From Rhizobiaceae bacterium (lineage in GTDB: Bacteria > Pseudomonadota > Alphaproteobacteria > Rhizobiales > Rhizobiaceae): DNA of 64,000 nucleotides. The stretch spans positions 127,722 through 191,721 of the forward strand of contig CBDFNP010000009.1 in assembly GCA_965250255.1 (NCBI GenBank), in the 5' to 3' direction. Below the pieces are notes generated by a model. It was given only the letters and a program-made list of their open reading frames with translations. It was not told where the DNA came from and searched no databases. Position numbers and translations under genes: made by a program. How positions within the stretch are numbered: position 1 is the stretch's first letter; every line of letters starts with the position of its first letter. This document shows positions 1 through 10,398 of the stretch, one piece after another.

Positions 1-531
1 CCGCTCATTCGGGCCTTTGCGTGCGGATATGTTCAAGGTGCCAGGAGTGTCAATTCTGATGTCGAGGTAATCCAGAACATGACCGGCACAACGCCTGCAG
101 CCTGGAACGACCCGGGCAAGGGTACGGAGTTGACCCAAAGCCAGATCGACCGCGGCGCGGACGTAATTTATCAGGCAGCGGGCGGAACCGGCATTGGTGT
201 AATCCGTGCAGCGGCAGATGCCGGCAAGTTTTCCATCGGGGTTGATTCAAACCAGAACCACATTGCACCGGGCTCAGTTCTGACTTCGATGTTGAAACGG
301 GTTGATGTGGCCGCCTATGAAACCATGAAAGATGGCATGTCCGGCAATTTTGAAACTGGCGTTCGCAGCCTTGGCCTTGCCGAAGACGGGGTTGGCTGGG
401 CGCTTGATGAAAACAATGCCAAACTGATTTCCGATGACATGAAAACAGCCATCGATGCTGCAAGTGCAGACATAATCTCTGGCAAGGTTAGTGTTCATGA
501 CTATCGCTCAGACAACAATTGCCCCGGCTGA
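1..531 (+). CDS. BMP-family (Med/PnrA-like) ABC transporter substrate-binding protein, C-terminal part; 5' end lies outside the window
   Basis: Frame 1 is open from nt 1 to the TGA at 529-531. The tail (...DVIYQAAGGTGIGVIRAAADAGKFSIGVDSNQNHIAPGSVLTSMLKRVDVA...) looks like the C-lobe of BMP nucleoside-binding proteins. A double-ABC ATPase and two permeases follow it. Confidence 0.8.
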   Translation, partial: PLIRAFACGYVQGARSVNSDVEVIQNMTGTTPAAWNDPGKGTELTQSQIDRGADVIYQAAGGTGIGVIRAAADAGKFSIGVDSNQNHIAPGSVLTSMLKRVDVAAYETMKDGMSGNFETGVRSLGLAEDGVGWALDENNAKLISDDMKTAIDAASADIISGKVSVHDYRSDNNCPG

Positions 532-550
532 TTTAGCAGTGCGAAGCTAA

Positions 551-2119
551 ATGGGCGCAGATCAAAAAGACGGGAATGCCTCCGGCCATTCCCCATTTGC
601 CATTGAGTTGATTGATGTTTGCAAGTCCTTTGGCGAGGTGCAGGCAAATAGAAATATATCACTTCGCGTATCCAAGGGTTCTATTCACGGCATCGTGGGT
701 GAAAATGGTGCCGGCAAGTCAACGCTGATGAATATCCTTTACGGATTGTACGCAGCGGATTCCGGCTCAATCCATATAGATGGAGAAGCCGTCACAATCC
801 GGTCAAGCGCTGATGCAATTGCGCTTGGCATTGGAATGGTCCATCAGCACTTCATGCTGGTCCCGAATTTTACAGTGTTGGAAAACATAATCCTCGGCAG
901 CGAGGGCGGTGTTCTTCTCAAGGATGGCAAGGACAAAGCCGCTTTGATGCTCAAGGAATTGGCCAATGCGTACGGGATGGAGGTCAACCGTGATGCGCTG
1001 ATTGAAGACCTTCCGGTTGGCATCAGACAGCGTGTAGAAATCATCAAGGCGATTAAGGGTGGTGCCCGAATATTGATCCTTGATGAACCGACCGGTGTCC
1101 TCACGCCACAAGAAGCGGAAAGCTTGTTTGCCATCCTTGACGAATTGAAAAAGCGCGGTGTGTCGATCCTCTTAATCACCCATAAGCTTTCTGAAATCAT
1201 GGCGATAACCGACAACGTCTCGATCATAAGAGACGGGCGTATCGTCGGGCATCGCAAGACAAGCGGAACCACCACGCGCGAATTGGCTGAAATGATGGTG
1301 GGCCGTCCAGTGCTGCTCAGTGTCGAACGGGGGGAGGCAAAACCCGCTGAAGTCCGTTTGGCTGTGAAAAAACTTGGCTGCACATCAACAATTGGTGTGA
1401 CGCAGCTTGAGGATGTTTCGTTCGAAGTTCGATCTGGTGAAATCCTTGGAGTTGCCGGCGTTGCGGGCAATGGGCAGACCGAATTGCTTGAACTGCTTTC
1501 CGGTATGCGGACACCAGACACAGGTGGTATCGAAGTCCTTGGACATACTATAACTACCAGAATCCCGATCACTCCCGATGATATGCGGGAGTTTGGCGTT
1601 GGTCACATTCCGGAGGACCGCCATCATCATGGTTTGGTTCTCGACTTTGAAGCGCAGGAAAACATTATTCTCGGTTTTCATCATTCCCCGCATACGGGCG
1701 ATAGACTTTTTATCGACCGCCAATCCGTCCGCTCCCACGCAGAAACTCTGATTGCAGAGTTTGATGTGCGTCCAAAAAACCCGGCTCTACCGGCACGAAA
1801 GTTTTCCGGAGGCAATCAACAAAAGCTGGTCATTGCCAGAGAGATTGACGCAAATCCGAATTTTCTGCTTGTCGGCCAGCCTACCCGAGGTGTTGATATC
1901 GGTGCCATCGAGTTTATTCATAAGCAGTTGATCGAACTCCGCGACAATGGCTGTGCGATCCTTCTGGTTTCAGTCGAATTGGATGAGATTGTGGGGCTGT
2001 CGGATCGCATCATGGTCCTTAATGATGGCAGAATTGTTGGTATCCTTGATCGAGATGAGGCAGATGAGCGTACCCTCGGATTGATGATGGCAGGAATTCC
2101 GGGGGAGAAAGTCGCGTGA
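551..2119 (+). CDS. ABC transporter ATP-binding protein with two fused ABC domains (BMP/nucleoside-type importer)
   Basis: 522 aa. Walker A GENGAGKST, signature and Walker B ...ILILDEPT, and a second ABC half with FSGGNQQK. The stop overlaps the next start (GTGA at 2116-2119). Confidence 0.9.
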   Translation: MGADQKDGNASGHSPFAIELIDVCKSFGEVQANRNISLRVSKGSIHGIVGENGAGKSTLMNILYGLYAADSGSIHIDGEAVTIRSSADAIALGIGMVHQHFMLVPNFTVLENIILGSEGGVLLKDGKDKAALMLKELANAYGMEVNRDALIEDLPVGIRQRVEIIKAIKGGARILILDEPTGVLTPQEAESLFAILDELKKRGVSILLITHKLSEIMAITDNVSIIRDGRIVGHRKTSGTTTRELAEMMVGRPVLLSVERGEAKPAEVRLAVKKLGCTSTIGVTQLEDVSFEVRSGEILGVAGVAGNGQTELLELLSGMRTPDTGGIEVLGHTITTRIPITPDDMREFGVGHIPEDRHHHGLVLDFEAQENIILGFHHSPHTGDRLFIDRQSVRSHAETLIAEFDVRPKNPALPARKFSGGNQQKLVIAREIDANPNFLLVGQPTRGVDIGAIEFIHKQLIELRDNGCAILLVSVELDEIVGLSDRIMVLNDGRIVGILDRDEADERTLGLMMAGIPGEKVA

Positions 2120-3219
2120 CCCAGGCTCCACCGCTTCCAGGTTGGGCCGACAAGTTCGTCCTGCCATTGATCAACATGCTTGCCGCATTTGCTGTTTGCG
2201 GCATCATCATCGCCATGCTTGGAGAAAACCCGATCACGGCCCTCGCGGTGATGTTGAAAGGCGCTTTCGTATACCCCGGAAGCCTGGGTTACACGCTCTA
2301 CTACACGACCAACTTCATTTTCACTGGATTAGCGGTTGCTATCGCTTTTCATGCAACCATGTTCAACATTGGCGGGGAGGGGCAGGCCTATCTCGGTGGT
2401 CTGGGTGCTGGTTTAGTCGCCCTTTGGTTGGGGGCGCTTTTCCCTGCGATTGTGGTCATTCCGTTGGCAGTTATTGCCGCAGCGCTCTTTGGTGCGGCAT
2501 GGGGAATTGTACCAGGCTATCTGCAGGCCAAGCGCGGCAGCCATATTGTCATTACAACCATCATGTTCAATTTCATTGCCGCTTCTTTGATGGTTTGGCT
2601 TCTTGCCGGTCCGCTAATCCAACCTGGCCAGCAATCCCCGCAAACGCCGATTTTCGAACCGTCAGCCCACCTGTTGAAGGCGACGGATGTGCTGGATATC
2701 GGGAATTCACCGCTAAACCTTTCATTTGCGATTGCACTTGCCGCTCTGGTATTGTTTTGGGTTCTGGTTTGGAAGACCCGGTTTGGTTATGAATTGCGCG
2801 CTGTTGGAGCAAACCCGGAAGCTGCCCGATATGCCGGCATAAACGTAGCCAAAATCATCATCATTACCCTGGCGATATCCGGCGGTTTTGCTGGGTTGAT
2901 GGCGACCAACGAAATACTCGGCGTTCAGCACAAGGTCGTTTTGAATTTCACCTCGGGCTATGGCTTCACCGGCATTGCTGTTGCCTTGATGGGACGTAAT
3001 CACCCGATTGGTATTTTTCTGGCAAGCCTGTTGTTTGGCGCGCTTTATCAAGGGGGAGCCGAACTTGATTTTGAGTTCAAGTCGATTACACGCGATATGG
3101 TATTGGTAATTCAGGGGATGATCATTCTGTTTTCCGGCGCGCTGGCCTTCATGTTCAACCCGTTACTTTCACGTTTCATTCAAAAAACTTCCATCGGCAA
3201 TGGATATCACAATGAGTGA
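2116..3219 (+). CDS. ABC transporter permease (BMP-type importer)
   Basis: 367 aa, strongly hydrophobic and multi-helix. Translationally coupled to the ATPase upstream and the second permease downstream. Confidence 0.85.
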   Translation: MTQAPPLPGWADKFVLPLINMLAAFAVCGIIIAMLGENPITALAVMLKGAFVYPGSLGYTLYYTTNFIFTGLAVAIAFHATMFNIGGEGQAYLGGLGAGLVALWLGALFPAIVVIPLAVIAAALFGAAWGIVPGYLQAKRGSHIVITTIMFNFIAASLMVWLLAGPLIQPGQQSPQTPIFEPSAHLLKATDVLDIGNSPLNLSFAIALAALVLFWVLVWKTRFGYELRAVGANPEAARYAGINVAKIIIITLAISGGFAGLMATNEILGVQHKVVLNFTSGYGFTGIAVALMGRNHPIGIFLASLLFGALYQGGAELDFEFKSITRDMVLVIQGMIILFSGALAFMFNPLLSRFIQKTSIGNGYHNE

Positions 3220-4180
3220 CTTTGCTCTGCAACTCCTGCTGACATTTGATGCGACGTTGAGAGTGGCAACTCCTTTGATATTTTGTGCGTTGGCAGGAAT
3301 GTTTTCGGAGCGTTCAGGGATCATAGATATTTCACTTGAAGGCAAATTGCTGATGGGCGCTTTTGTTGCGGCCGCAATTGCCGCGACCAGCGGGTCCGCA
3401 TGGCTTGGCCTTATGTGCGCAATTCTGGCTTGTGTGTGTTTGTCTCTGATTCATGGATATGCCTGTATCTCCTGCCGCGGCAATCAAGTTGTCAGCGGGC
3501 TTGCAGTCAACATCCTGGCTTCCGGTTTGACCGTTACAATCGGGATTGCCCTGTTCAAACAAGGTGGACAAACGCCGCTGCTTACCGGCTTGAACCGGTT
3601 TTCGCCCACCCAGTGGTGGTTGGTTGACACATTGGCGGGAGTTCCAATTCTTGGAACCGTCTATCGCGAGCTTGTCAGCGGCCACAATATACTGGTTTAT
3701 ATTGCGCTCCTTTGCGTCCCGCTGAGTGCATTTGTATTTTACAAGACGCGCTTCGGCCTTCAGATCAGGGCAGTTGGCGAGGTGCCTGAGGCGGTTGATA
3801 GCGCCGGCGTATCTGTAACCTGGTTACGCTATCGTGCTGTAATAATTGCCGGTATCCTGTGTGGCATTGCCGGAGCTTATCTTTCAACGGCGCAGGGAGC
3901 AGGTTTCGTTCGCGAGATGTCAGCGGGTAAGGGCTACATCGCGCTTGCCGCTGTAATCTTTGGCAAGTGGCGGCCTTATCCTGCGTTCTTTGCATGCTTG
4001 ATGTTTGGATTTTTGGAAGCAGCAACAGCTCGGTTGGAAGGTTTGGACATGCCGATCATAGGCGAGGTTCCAACCCAATTGATGCTTGCTTTGCCGTATA
4101 TTATGGTTGTGTTGCTTTTGGCGGGATTCATCGGTAAGGCCTCTCCTCCCGCAGCAATAGGCGAACCTTATGTCAAATGA
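3200..4180 (+). CDS. ABC transporter permease (BMP-type importer)
   Basis: 326 aa hydrophobic protein. An alternative ATG at 3212 gives an ATGAGTGA overlap with the upstream stop. Confidence 0.85.
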   Translation: MDITMSDFALQLLLTFDATLRVATPLIFCALAGMFSERSGIIDISLEGKLLMGAFVAAAIAATSGSAWLGLMCAILACVCLSLIHGYACISCRGNQVVSGLAVNILASGLTVTIGIALFKQGGQTPLLTGLNRFSPTQWWLVDTLAGVPILGTVYRELVSGHNILVYIALLCVPLSAFVFYKTRFGLQIRAVGEVPEAVDSAGVSVTWLRYRAVIIAGILCGIAGAYLSTAQGAGFVREMSAGKGYIALAAVIFGKWRPYPAFFACLMFGFLEAATARLEGLDMPIIGEVPTQLMLALPYIMVVLLLAGFIGKASPPAAIGEPYVK

Positions 4181-5360
4181 TCCGTCAAAATCTGGCATCG
4201 ACGCAATGAACTCACGCGACATCCTGGAAAAGCTGATTGCCTACGACACAATAAGTGCCAACCCCAATATGGAGTTGATGCAGTTTATTTCCGGCCTCCT
4301 TTCGCAGTATGGCATCCATTCGAAACTCTTACCAAACGATCAGGGAACCAAGGCAAATCTCTACGCTACGTTGGGACCTGCTGAAACGGGCGGAGTGATG
4401 CTGTCAGGTCATACCGATGTTGTCCCCGTTGAGGGGCAGGACTGGACAAAACCGCCGTTTGAATTGACGCAAGAAGCAGACCGGTTTTATGGACGTGGGA
4501 CCGCTGACATGAAAGGTTTTGTAGCAAGTGCAATTGTTGCAGCACTTAAAGCATCGAGGCTTGAACTAAAGACGCCGCTTCATCTTGCCTTTTCGTATGA
4601 CGAGGAGATTGGCTGCGTTGGCGTTCATTCAATGATCGAAATGCTGGCCAGGGCTCCCTCCCGTCCAGCCATGTGCATAGTAGGTGAACCGACAAATCTC
4701 AGTGTTGCAACTGGCCATAAGGGCAAGGTTGGGATGATCGCAAAATGCCACGGGCTTGAGGGACATTCAGCGCTTGCACCGTATGCGTTCAATGCGCTGC
4801 ATCTTGCCTGTGATTTTGTTGGCGGCGTGCGAAAAATACAAAACGAGCTTGAACGCCACGGGCAAAGAGATGCGGATTTTGATGTTCCTTATTCCACCGT
4901 CCATGTGGGTAAAATAAATGGCGGGGTTGCACTCAACATTGTTCCGAATTTTTGTGAGGTGGTTTTTGAAATCAGAAACATTGCCCACGATGATCCCGAA
5001 GACATTCTTGCAAGAATAAAGGAGGAAACACGTGCCATCGTCGCTGCGGCGACGGAGCAATATCAAGGCGCGGATATCGAGATTGAAATTTTCAACACCT
5101 ATCCAGGCATGAACACCGCTGCGAATGATGACGTCGTGAAATTCGTCCAATCGCTGACTGGCGCCAACGACCTATGCAAAGTGGCATTTGGAACTGAAGG
5201 GGGGTTGTTCTCCCGGAAATTGGGTATTCCAACCGTGATTTGCGGGCCAGGCTCGATGGAGCAGGGACATAAGCCCGATGAATATATTGAGGTGGAGCAG
5301 CTTGATCGTTGCGATGCAATGCTTGACCGCCTGCTGGACCGGCTTCAAGCCGGTATTTGA
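4170..5360 (+). CDS. M20-family deacylase, ArgE (acetylornithine deacetylase)-like
   Basis: 396 aa with LSGHTDVVPV...GRGTADMKG metal-binding motifs typical of ArgE/DapE M20 peptidases. Overlaps the permease stop. Confidence 0.8.
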   Translation: MSNDPSKSGIDAMNSRDILEKLIAYDTISANPNMELMQFISGLLSQYGIHSKLLPNDQGTKANLYATLGPAETGGVMLSGHTDVVPVEGQDWTKPPFELTQEADRFYGRGTADMKGFVASAIVAALKASRLELKTPLHLAFSYDEEIGCVGVHSMIEMLARAPSRPAMCIVGEPTNLSVATGHKGKVGMIAKCHGLEGHSALAPYAFNALHLACDFVGGVRKIQNELERHGQRDADFDVPYSTVHVGKINGGVALNIVPNFCEVVFEIRNIAHDDPEDILARIKEETRAIVAAATEQYQGADIEIEIFNTYPGMNTAANDDVVKFVQSLTGANDLCKVAFGTEGGLFSRKLGIPTVICGPGSMEQGHKPDEYIEVEQLDRCDAMLDRLLDRLQAGI

Positions 5361-5516
5361 TCCTCGCCATTTATGCCGTTTTTGACGCTTGTTATTGTTG
5401 CCGTTCTGGGTTTCAATTTCCCGGTTTTCAAAAACATTGATATGGCGTACCGGAAATAGTGTAGTTATTGATAACCGGTAAGACCGCCAACCGGTATTTC
5501 AGCAAGGTGATCAGCC

Positions 5517-6653
5517 ATGAACATTCAAAATTTGGATATCAGTCCTGCAGAAGAGTTGAAACAAAATACATCTGTACCGTTTGAGCAGGCCCATGCCATG
5601 CCTAAAAGTCTCTACACTTCAGAGCAGTTTTTAAATCAGGAACTCGATCATATTTTCAGCAAGGACTGGTTTTGCGCGGGCCGTACCGATGCTCTAAAGG
5701 AAATTGGAGACTACACGACGCTGGAACTGGCGGGCCAGCCAATCATGGTAATACGCGATCGTGACGGAAACCTGCGTGCCCAATCCAATGTTTGTCTTCA
5801 CCGTATGTCCACATTGCTGAAGGGACGCGGCAACACTAAAGCAATTGTCTGCCCTTATCATGCCTGGACATATAATCTTGACGGGTCGCTCCGCGGTGCT
5901 CCGGCAATGAACCGGAATGAAGCCTTCTGCAAAGATAAAATGTCACTTCCCGATGTGCGCTGCGAAGAGTGGGAAGGCTGGATTATGGTTTCTCTAAATC
6001 CGGATGTAAAACCGGTGGCGGGCGAACTGGGTGAAGTGTCAAAAATGATCGCCGATTATGGCATGGAAAACTACCAGCAAACTTTTTTTGAGACCCATCT
6101 TTGGGATACGAACTGGAAAGTGCTGGCAGAGAATTTCATGGAAAGTTATCACCTGCCGGTATGTCATGCGGGTACCATAGGCGGGCTTTCAAAACTGGAG
6201 GAAATGATTTGTCCTCCCGGCCTGCCAGCCTTCAACTACCACACGATTTTGAAAGATGAGTCCCTCAAAATCGCTCTTGCCCATCCAAATAACCGGCGAA
6301 TAAAGGGCGAGCGCAGGAGAACTACATATCTGCTCGCGATTTACCCGAGCCTTTTGATTACCCTCACCCCTGGATATTTTTGGTATCTGTCGCTTCATCC
6401 AAACGGAGTGGGGCAGGTTCAGATTATGTTCGGGGGTGGCATGGCACCGGAGTTTATGGATGATCCGCAGGCACAGAAGAATTTTGAAAGTCTTAAGACA
6501 CTGCTGGATGAAGTAAACGTAGAGGATCGGGGTTGCACCGAAAAAGTTTACAAAGGTCTTTGTTCTGAAATGGCAAAGCCCGGTCCGCTCTCACATCTTG
6601 AGCGACCGAACTTTGATTTTGCCCAATATCTGGCGTCTAGAATCTGCGTATAA
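5517..6653 (+). CDS. Rieske [2Fe-2S] non-heme-iron oxygenase, alpha subunit (GbcA/CntA/Stc2-like class)
   Basis: 378 aa. Rieske motif CLHR...CPYHAW and catalytic-domain motif NWKVLAENFMESYHLPVCH. Confidence 0.85.
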   Translation: MNIQNLDISPAEELKQNTSVPFEQAHAMPKSLYTSEQFLNQELDHIFSKDWFCAGRTDALKEIGDYTTLELAGQPIMVIRDRDGNLRAQSNVCLHRMSTLLKGRGNTKAIVCPYHAWTYNLDGSLRGAPAMNRNEAFCKDKMSLPDVRCEEWEGWIMVSLNPDVKPVAGELGEVSKMIADYGMENYQQTFFETHLWDTNWKVLAENFMESYHLPVCHAGTIGGLSKLEEMICPPGLPAFNYHTILKDESLKIALAHPNNRRIKGERRRTTYLLAIYPSLLITLTPGYFWYLSLHPNGVGQVQIMFGGGMAPEFMDDPQAQKNFESLKTLLDEVNVEDRGCTEKVYKGLCSEMAKPGPLSHLERPNFDFAQYLASRICV

Positions 6654-6752
6654 ACGTAAAACATGCGTCATGTTTTTGTCGCAGATACACATTGCTGACG
6701 ACCGCTTTTTCGAGTTTTTTGAATTGGTAAGCTAATTCAAAAGGGTCGGGAC

Positions 6753-7865
6753 ATGGAAAATTTCAGCATTTTGCACCAATCCCTGCAGCAAACTGCAAAT
6801 CTGCCACCGGAAAGTCCAATGGGTTTGTCGGGCAATTTTTATACGTCTGCAGAGTTTTTTGAATTCGAAAAAGCGAGCGTATTGCACACCGGATGGCATT
6901 GCATTGGACGTGCGGATGAAATCTCGGAGCCCGGTGATTACATCGCCGACAAGATACTGGACGAGCCGATAATTGTTATCCGTGGCGATGACCATAAGAT
7001 CCGGGCGCTTGCAAATGTCTGTCGTCACCGCGGAATGCAGCTGGCATCGGGAACCGGAAACACCAAGCGCTTTGTTTGTTCCTATCATGCCTGGAGTTAT
7101 GCGCGTGACGGTAAACTGGTTCGTGCAGCAAACATGCACAATGCGAACTTTGATCGTCATAAGTGCAGTTTGCCGGAATATGCCTGCGAGATCTGGCGCG
7201 GCTTTATTTATGTAAACGTGTCGGATGAACCGGCTCCTCTGGCGGTACAGCTGGGTGAATTGGATGAATTGCTCACGCCATACGAAACCGAGAAATTTCG
7301 CGTGGTTCACGTGGCGCAGGAACAGTGGAACTGCAACTGGAAATGCCTGGTTGAAAATTTCATGGAAGGCTATCACCTATCGGTGGTTCATCCGGAAACC
7401 TTGCGTGGATATACGCCAACCGAGCTTTGCACCAAGGGACCATCGGGTGAGACATTCACAAGCTATCACGCAAATTATCCCGAAGACATTCCTGCGCGCG
7501 GACATGGAGCCCCTGGTCTTACTGATAAACAGCGCCACCGCTCCACTTTGTTCAGCGTATTTCCGGTTCAGGTAGCAAGCCAATCCGCAAGTCTTTTGGT
7601 TTCGCTGGCGCTTCGTCCGGTGAGTGTCAATCAAGTGGATGTCCGCTGGACCATGTCGGTTTATGAAGATGATTACGGTGAAGGGACGATCTGCGATCGA
7701 ATTGCCCTATGGAGCGAAGTCAATCGTGAGGACCGCGAGAAACTCGAACAATTGCAAATTGCCCTTAAATCTTCGAAGGCGCATGCGGGCCCGTTAGCCA
7801 GCGATGAATTTGAGGGAACCATCCGGGATTTTCACAAGTTTCTTGCTTTGAAAATAGGCGAATAA
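6753..7865 (+). CDS. Rieske [2Fe-2S] non-heme-iron oxygenase, alpha subunit (paralog of the preceding gene)
   Basis: 370 aa. CRHRG...CSYHAW Rieske motif and NWKCLVENFMEGYHLSVVH. Confidence 0.85.
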   Translation: MENFSILHQSLQQTANLPPESPMGLSGNFYTSAEFFEFEKASVLHTGWHCIGRADEISEPGDYIADKILDEPIIVIRGDDHKIRALANVCRHRGMQLASGTGNTKRFVCSYHAWSYARDGKLVRAANMHNANFDRHKCSLPEYACEIWRGFIYVNVSDEPAPLAVQLGELDELLTPYETEKFRVVHVAQEQWNCNWKCLVENFMEGYHLSVVHPETLRGYTPTELCTKGPSGETFTSYHANYPEDIPARGHGAPGLTDKQRHRSTLFSVFPVQVASQSASLLVSLALRPVSVNQVDVRWTMSVYEDDYGEGTICDRIALWSEVNREDREKLEQLQIALKSSKAHAGPLASDEFEGTIRDFHKFLALKIGE

Positions 7866-7920
7866 GGCGTAACCTGATCAATGCATTGCGTTGATTTGAA
7901 GACCGGAATAGGAACTCATA

Positions 7921-9183
7921 TTGCCGATTGAAAAAGTAGACACACTCGTTGTCGGGGCTGGCCAGGCCGGTATCGCTATGAGTGAGCATTTGACCAATGC
8001 CAACATCTCTCATCTTGTTTTTGAACGCGAACAAATTGCTGATCGATGGCGCAACGGCAGGTGGGACTCTTTGGTTGCGAATGGCCCTGCATGGCATGAC
8101 CGATTTCCAGGCATGGAGTTTGAAGGGTTCGATCCACATTCTTTTGTTCCAAAGGACGCCGTGGCTGACTATCTGGTTTCTTATGCACAGAGGATCAACG
8201 CACCTGTGCGATCCGGTGTGGAAGTTACAAATGTGCAGCGTCAGGAAGGTAAATCAGGCTTTCTGGTCAAAACCTCGGAAGGTATTTTGGAGGCAGACAA
8301 CGTAGTTGCTGCAACCGGAGCCTTTCAAATTCCGCTTGTCCCTCCTGTGGTACCTGAAAACTCAGAGCTCCAACAGATACATTCCATCAACTACCGCAAT
8401 CTTGATCAATTGCCGCAAGGATCTGTGTTGGTAGTCGGTGCAGGATCCTCGGGCGTTCAGATTGCTGATGAACTAAATAGGTCCGGCAGGCAGGTTTATC
8501 TCTCAGTCGGTCCACATGATCGCCCACCGCGTACCTATCGTGGACGCGACAATGTTTGGTGGTTGGGAGTGCTTGGTATGTGGGATGCCGCATCAATGGA
8601 GCCTGGAAAGGAAAGATTCACGATTTGTGTAAGTGGCGCTCACGGTGGTCACACTGTTGATTTTCGCAAGCTTGCAGCTCAGGGTATTACGCTGGTCGGC
8701 ATGACCGAAGAATTCAAAGACGGAACACTGTCGTTTGCAAGTGACCTCGCCGAGAATATTGCAGCTGGAGATACAAACTATCTTGCGATGCTGGATCAGG
8801 CCGACAAGTATGTTGAACGCAATGGCCTGGATATTCCCGAAGAACCGGAGGCCCGGTTGTTTGCGCCAATTCCCGATTGCGTCACAAACCCGTTGCGGCA
8901 TTTGAATTTGCACGGGGCGGGAATTACATCGATCATCTGGGCGACAGGATTTACACAGGATTTCAGTTGGCTCGAAGTTGATGCATTTGATAACAATGGC
9001 AAACCCATGCACCAGCGCGGAGTTTCAACCGAGCCAGGGATATTCTTCCTGGGTCTGCCTTGGCAAACAGGGCGTGCTTCTTCCTTCATTTGGGGAGTAT
9101 GGCACGATGCAAAACGCCTGACGGATCATATAATAACTCAAAAAAAATATCTGGAATTTCACCCAAGAGTTGCCCGGAACTGA
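7921..9183 (+). CDS. FAD/NAD(P)-binding class-B flavoprotein monooxygenase-like oxidoreductase
   Basis: 420 aa with two dinucleotide-binding motifs (VVGAGQAGIA and VVGAGSSGVQIA). The start is called at TTG 7921. Confidence 0.75.
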   Translation: MPIEKVDTLVVGAGQAGIAMSEHLTNANISHLVFEREQIADRWRNGRWDSLVANGPAWHDRFPGMEFEGFDPHSFVPKDAVADYLVSYAQRINAPVRSGVEVTNVQRQEGKSGFLVKTSEGILEADNVVAATGAFQIPLVPPVVPENSELQQIHSINYRNLDQLPQGSVLVVGAGSSGVQIADELNRSGRQVYLSVGPHDRPPRTYRGRDNVWWLGVLGMWDAASMEPGKERFTICVSGAHGGHTVDFRKLAAQGITLVGMTEEFKDGTLSFASDLAENIAAGDTNYLAMLDQADKYVERNGLDIPEEPEARLFAPIPDCVTNPLRHLNLHGAGITSIIWATGFTQDFSWLEVDAFDNNGKPMHQRGVSTEPGIFFLGLPWQTGRASSFIWGVWHDAKRLTDHIITQKKYLEFHPRVARN

Positions 9184-9219
9184 TCAGCGCAAGAGCAATT
9201 TTTCTCCGCTCCCGGAGAT

Positions 9220-9657
9220 ATGATAATGGAGTACCATGTGGCACATACCCGAATTCGCAAATTCAACACCAAAGAAACTTATCCGGAACAAAACCTGGAT
9301 AATGATCTTTGTCAGGCGGTAGTTGCGCGCGGAACCATGATTTTCCTGCGTGGACAATGCCCCCAGAATCTCGAAGACGCGGTTAATCTGGATAGCCACG
9401 ATCCGGTGGAGCAAACCCACAAGGTGATGCAGAACATCAAGCAACTGATTGAGGAATGTGGCGGACGCATGGAGCATCTCGTGAAGGTCGTCATTTATAT
9501 TACCGACGTTCGCCACAGGGAAGCAGTTTACCGCACCATGGGTGAATATATCAAAGGTGTTCATCCCGTATCCACCGGCTTGGTGGTGCAGGCATTGGCG
9601 CGGCCTGAATGGCTGGTTGAGATTGATGGCACCGCTGTCATTCCTGACGGTGAATAG
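9220..9657 (+). CDS. RidA/YjgF-family reactive-intermediate deaminase
   Basis: 145 aa. The C-terminal pattern ...VKVVIYITDV...STGLVVQALARPEWLVEIDGTAV is typical of YjgF/RidA proteins. Confidence 0.8.
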   Translation: MIMEYHVAHTRIRKFNTKETYPEQNLDNDLCQAVVARGTMIFLRGQCPQNLEDAVNLDSHDPVEQTHKVMQNIKQLIEECGGRMEHLVKVVIYITDVRHREAVYRTMGEYIKGVHPVSTGLVVQALARPEWLVEIDGTAVIPDGE

Positions 9658-9660
9658 ATC

Positions 9661-10362
9661 ATGACATTTTCAATTGTGGCTCGTTGCGAAGAAACCGGAA
9701 TGTTCGGCATGGCGGTTTCATCATCGTCTCCAGCTGTGGCAGCAAGATGCGCATTTGCAAGGGCCGGGGTAGGGGCTGCTTCAAGTCAAAACATAACTGA
9801 TCCATCCCTTGGAGAGCGATGTCTTGATCTTATGGCACATGGAGCATCTGCGCAGGAAGCTTTGGAAGAAATTGTGCGGACGAGCGATCATGTTCAGTTT
9901 CGCCAGCTTACAGCGGTGGATGTGAACGGCGGTTCAGCTTGTTTTTCCGGTGAAAAGACCCTCGGCATCAACGCAACCTTTCATTCTTTTAACGTCGCAT
10001 GCGCAGGCAATCTCTTGTCCGGCACAAAGATACCGGAAGTCATGGCAAATGCGTTTGCGCAAAGTGCAGGGCACCTGGCTGACAGGTTATTGCTGTCCAT
10101 GAACGCTGCGGTTGATGCTGGTGGCGAAGAGGGCCCGATCCGCTCTGCCGGAATGTTGATTGTCAATAAGATTTCCTGGCCAGTTGTGAACCTCCGGGTT
10201 GATTGGCATGAGGAGGCCGACCCGATTGGAGAGCTTGTCAAGATCTGGAAAATTTACGAGCCCCAACTCCAGGATTATGTGACCAGGGCGCTCGATCCTT
10301 CGGATGCGCCGAGCTATGGTGTACCCGGAAACGATAACAAAACGCGGCAAACAAAAAGATAG
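9661..10362 (+). CDS. DUF1028-family (Ntn-hydrolase-like) protein
   Basis: 233 aa beginning MTFSIVARCEETGMFGMAVSSSSPAVAARC, the characteristic DUF1028 N-terminus. It starts 4 nt after the RidA stop. Confidence 0.7.
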   Translation: MTFSIVARCEETGMFGMAVSSSSPAVAARCAFARAGVGAASSQNITDPSLGERCLDLMAHGASAQEALEEIVRTSDHVQFRQLTAVDVNGGSACFSGEKTLGINATFHSFNVACAGNLLSGTKIPEVMANAFAQSAGHLADRLLLSMNAAVDAGGEEGPIRSAGMLIVNKISWPVVNLRVDWHEEADPIGELVKIWKIYEPQLQDYVTRALDPSDAPSYGVPGNDNKTRQTKR

Positions 10363-10398
10363 CGCGGGCGTTTTGAATTTAATAAAACGCATCCCGCG

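Noticed and set aside
4170-5360. The M20 enzyme considered as the missing allantoate amidohydrolase (AllC).
   Set aside because: Its motifs (LSGHTDVVPV, GRGTADMKG) fit the ArgE/DapE branch. It also sits in the other transporter operon. It is kept as ArgE-like, with only a note in the pathway-gap finding.
6658-6677. The hairpin AAAACATG-CGT-CATGTTTTT between the two Rieske genes, considered as a terminator.
   Set aside because: The stem is A/T-rich and only 8 bp, which is too weak to call. The two genes may still be co-transcribed.
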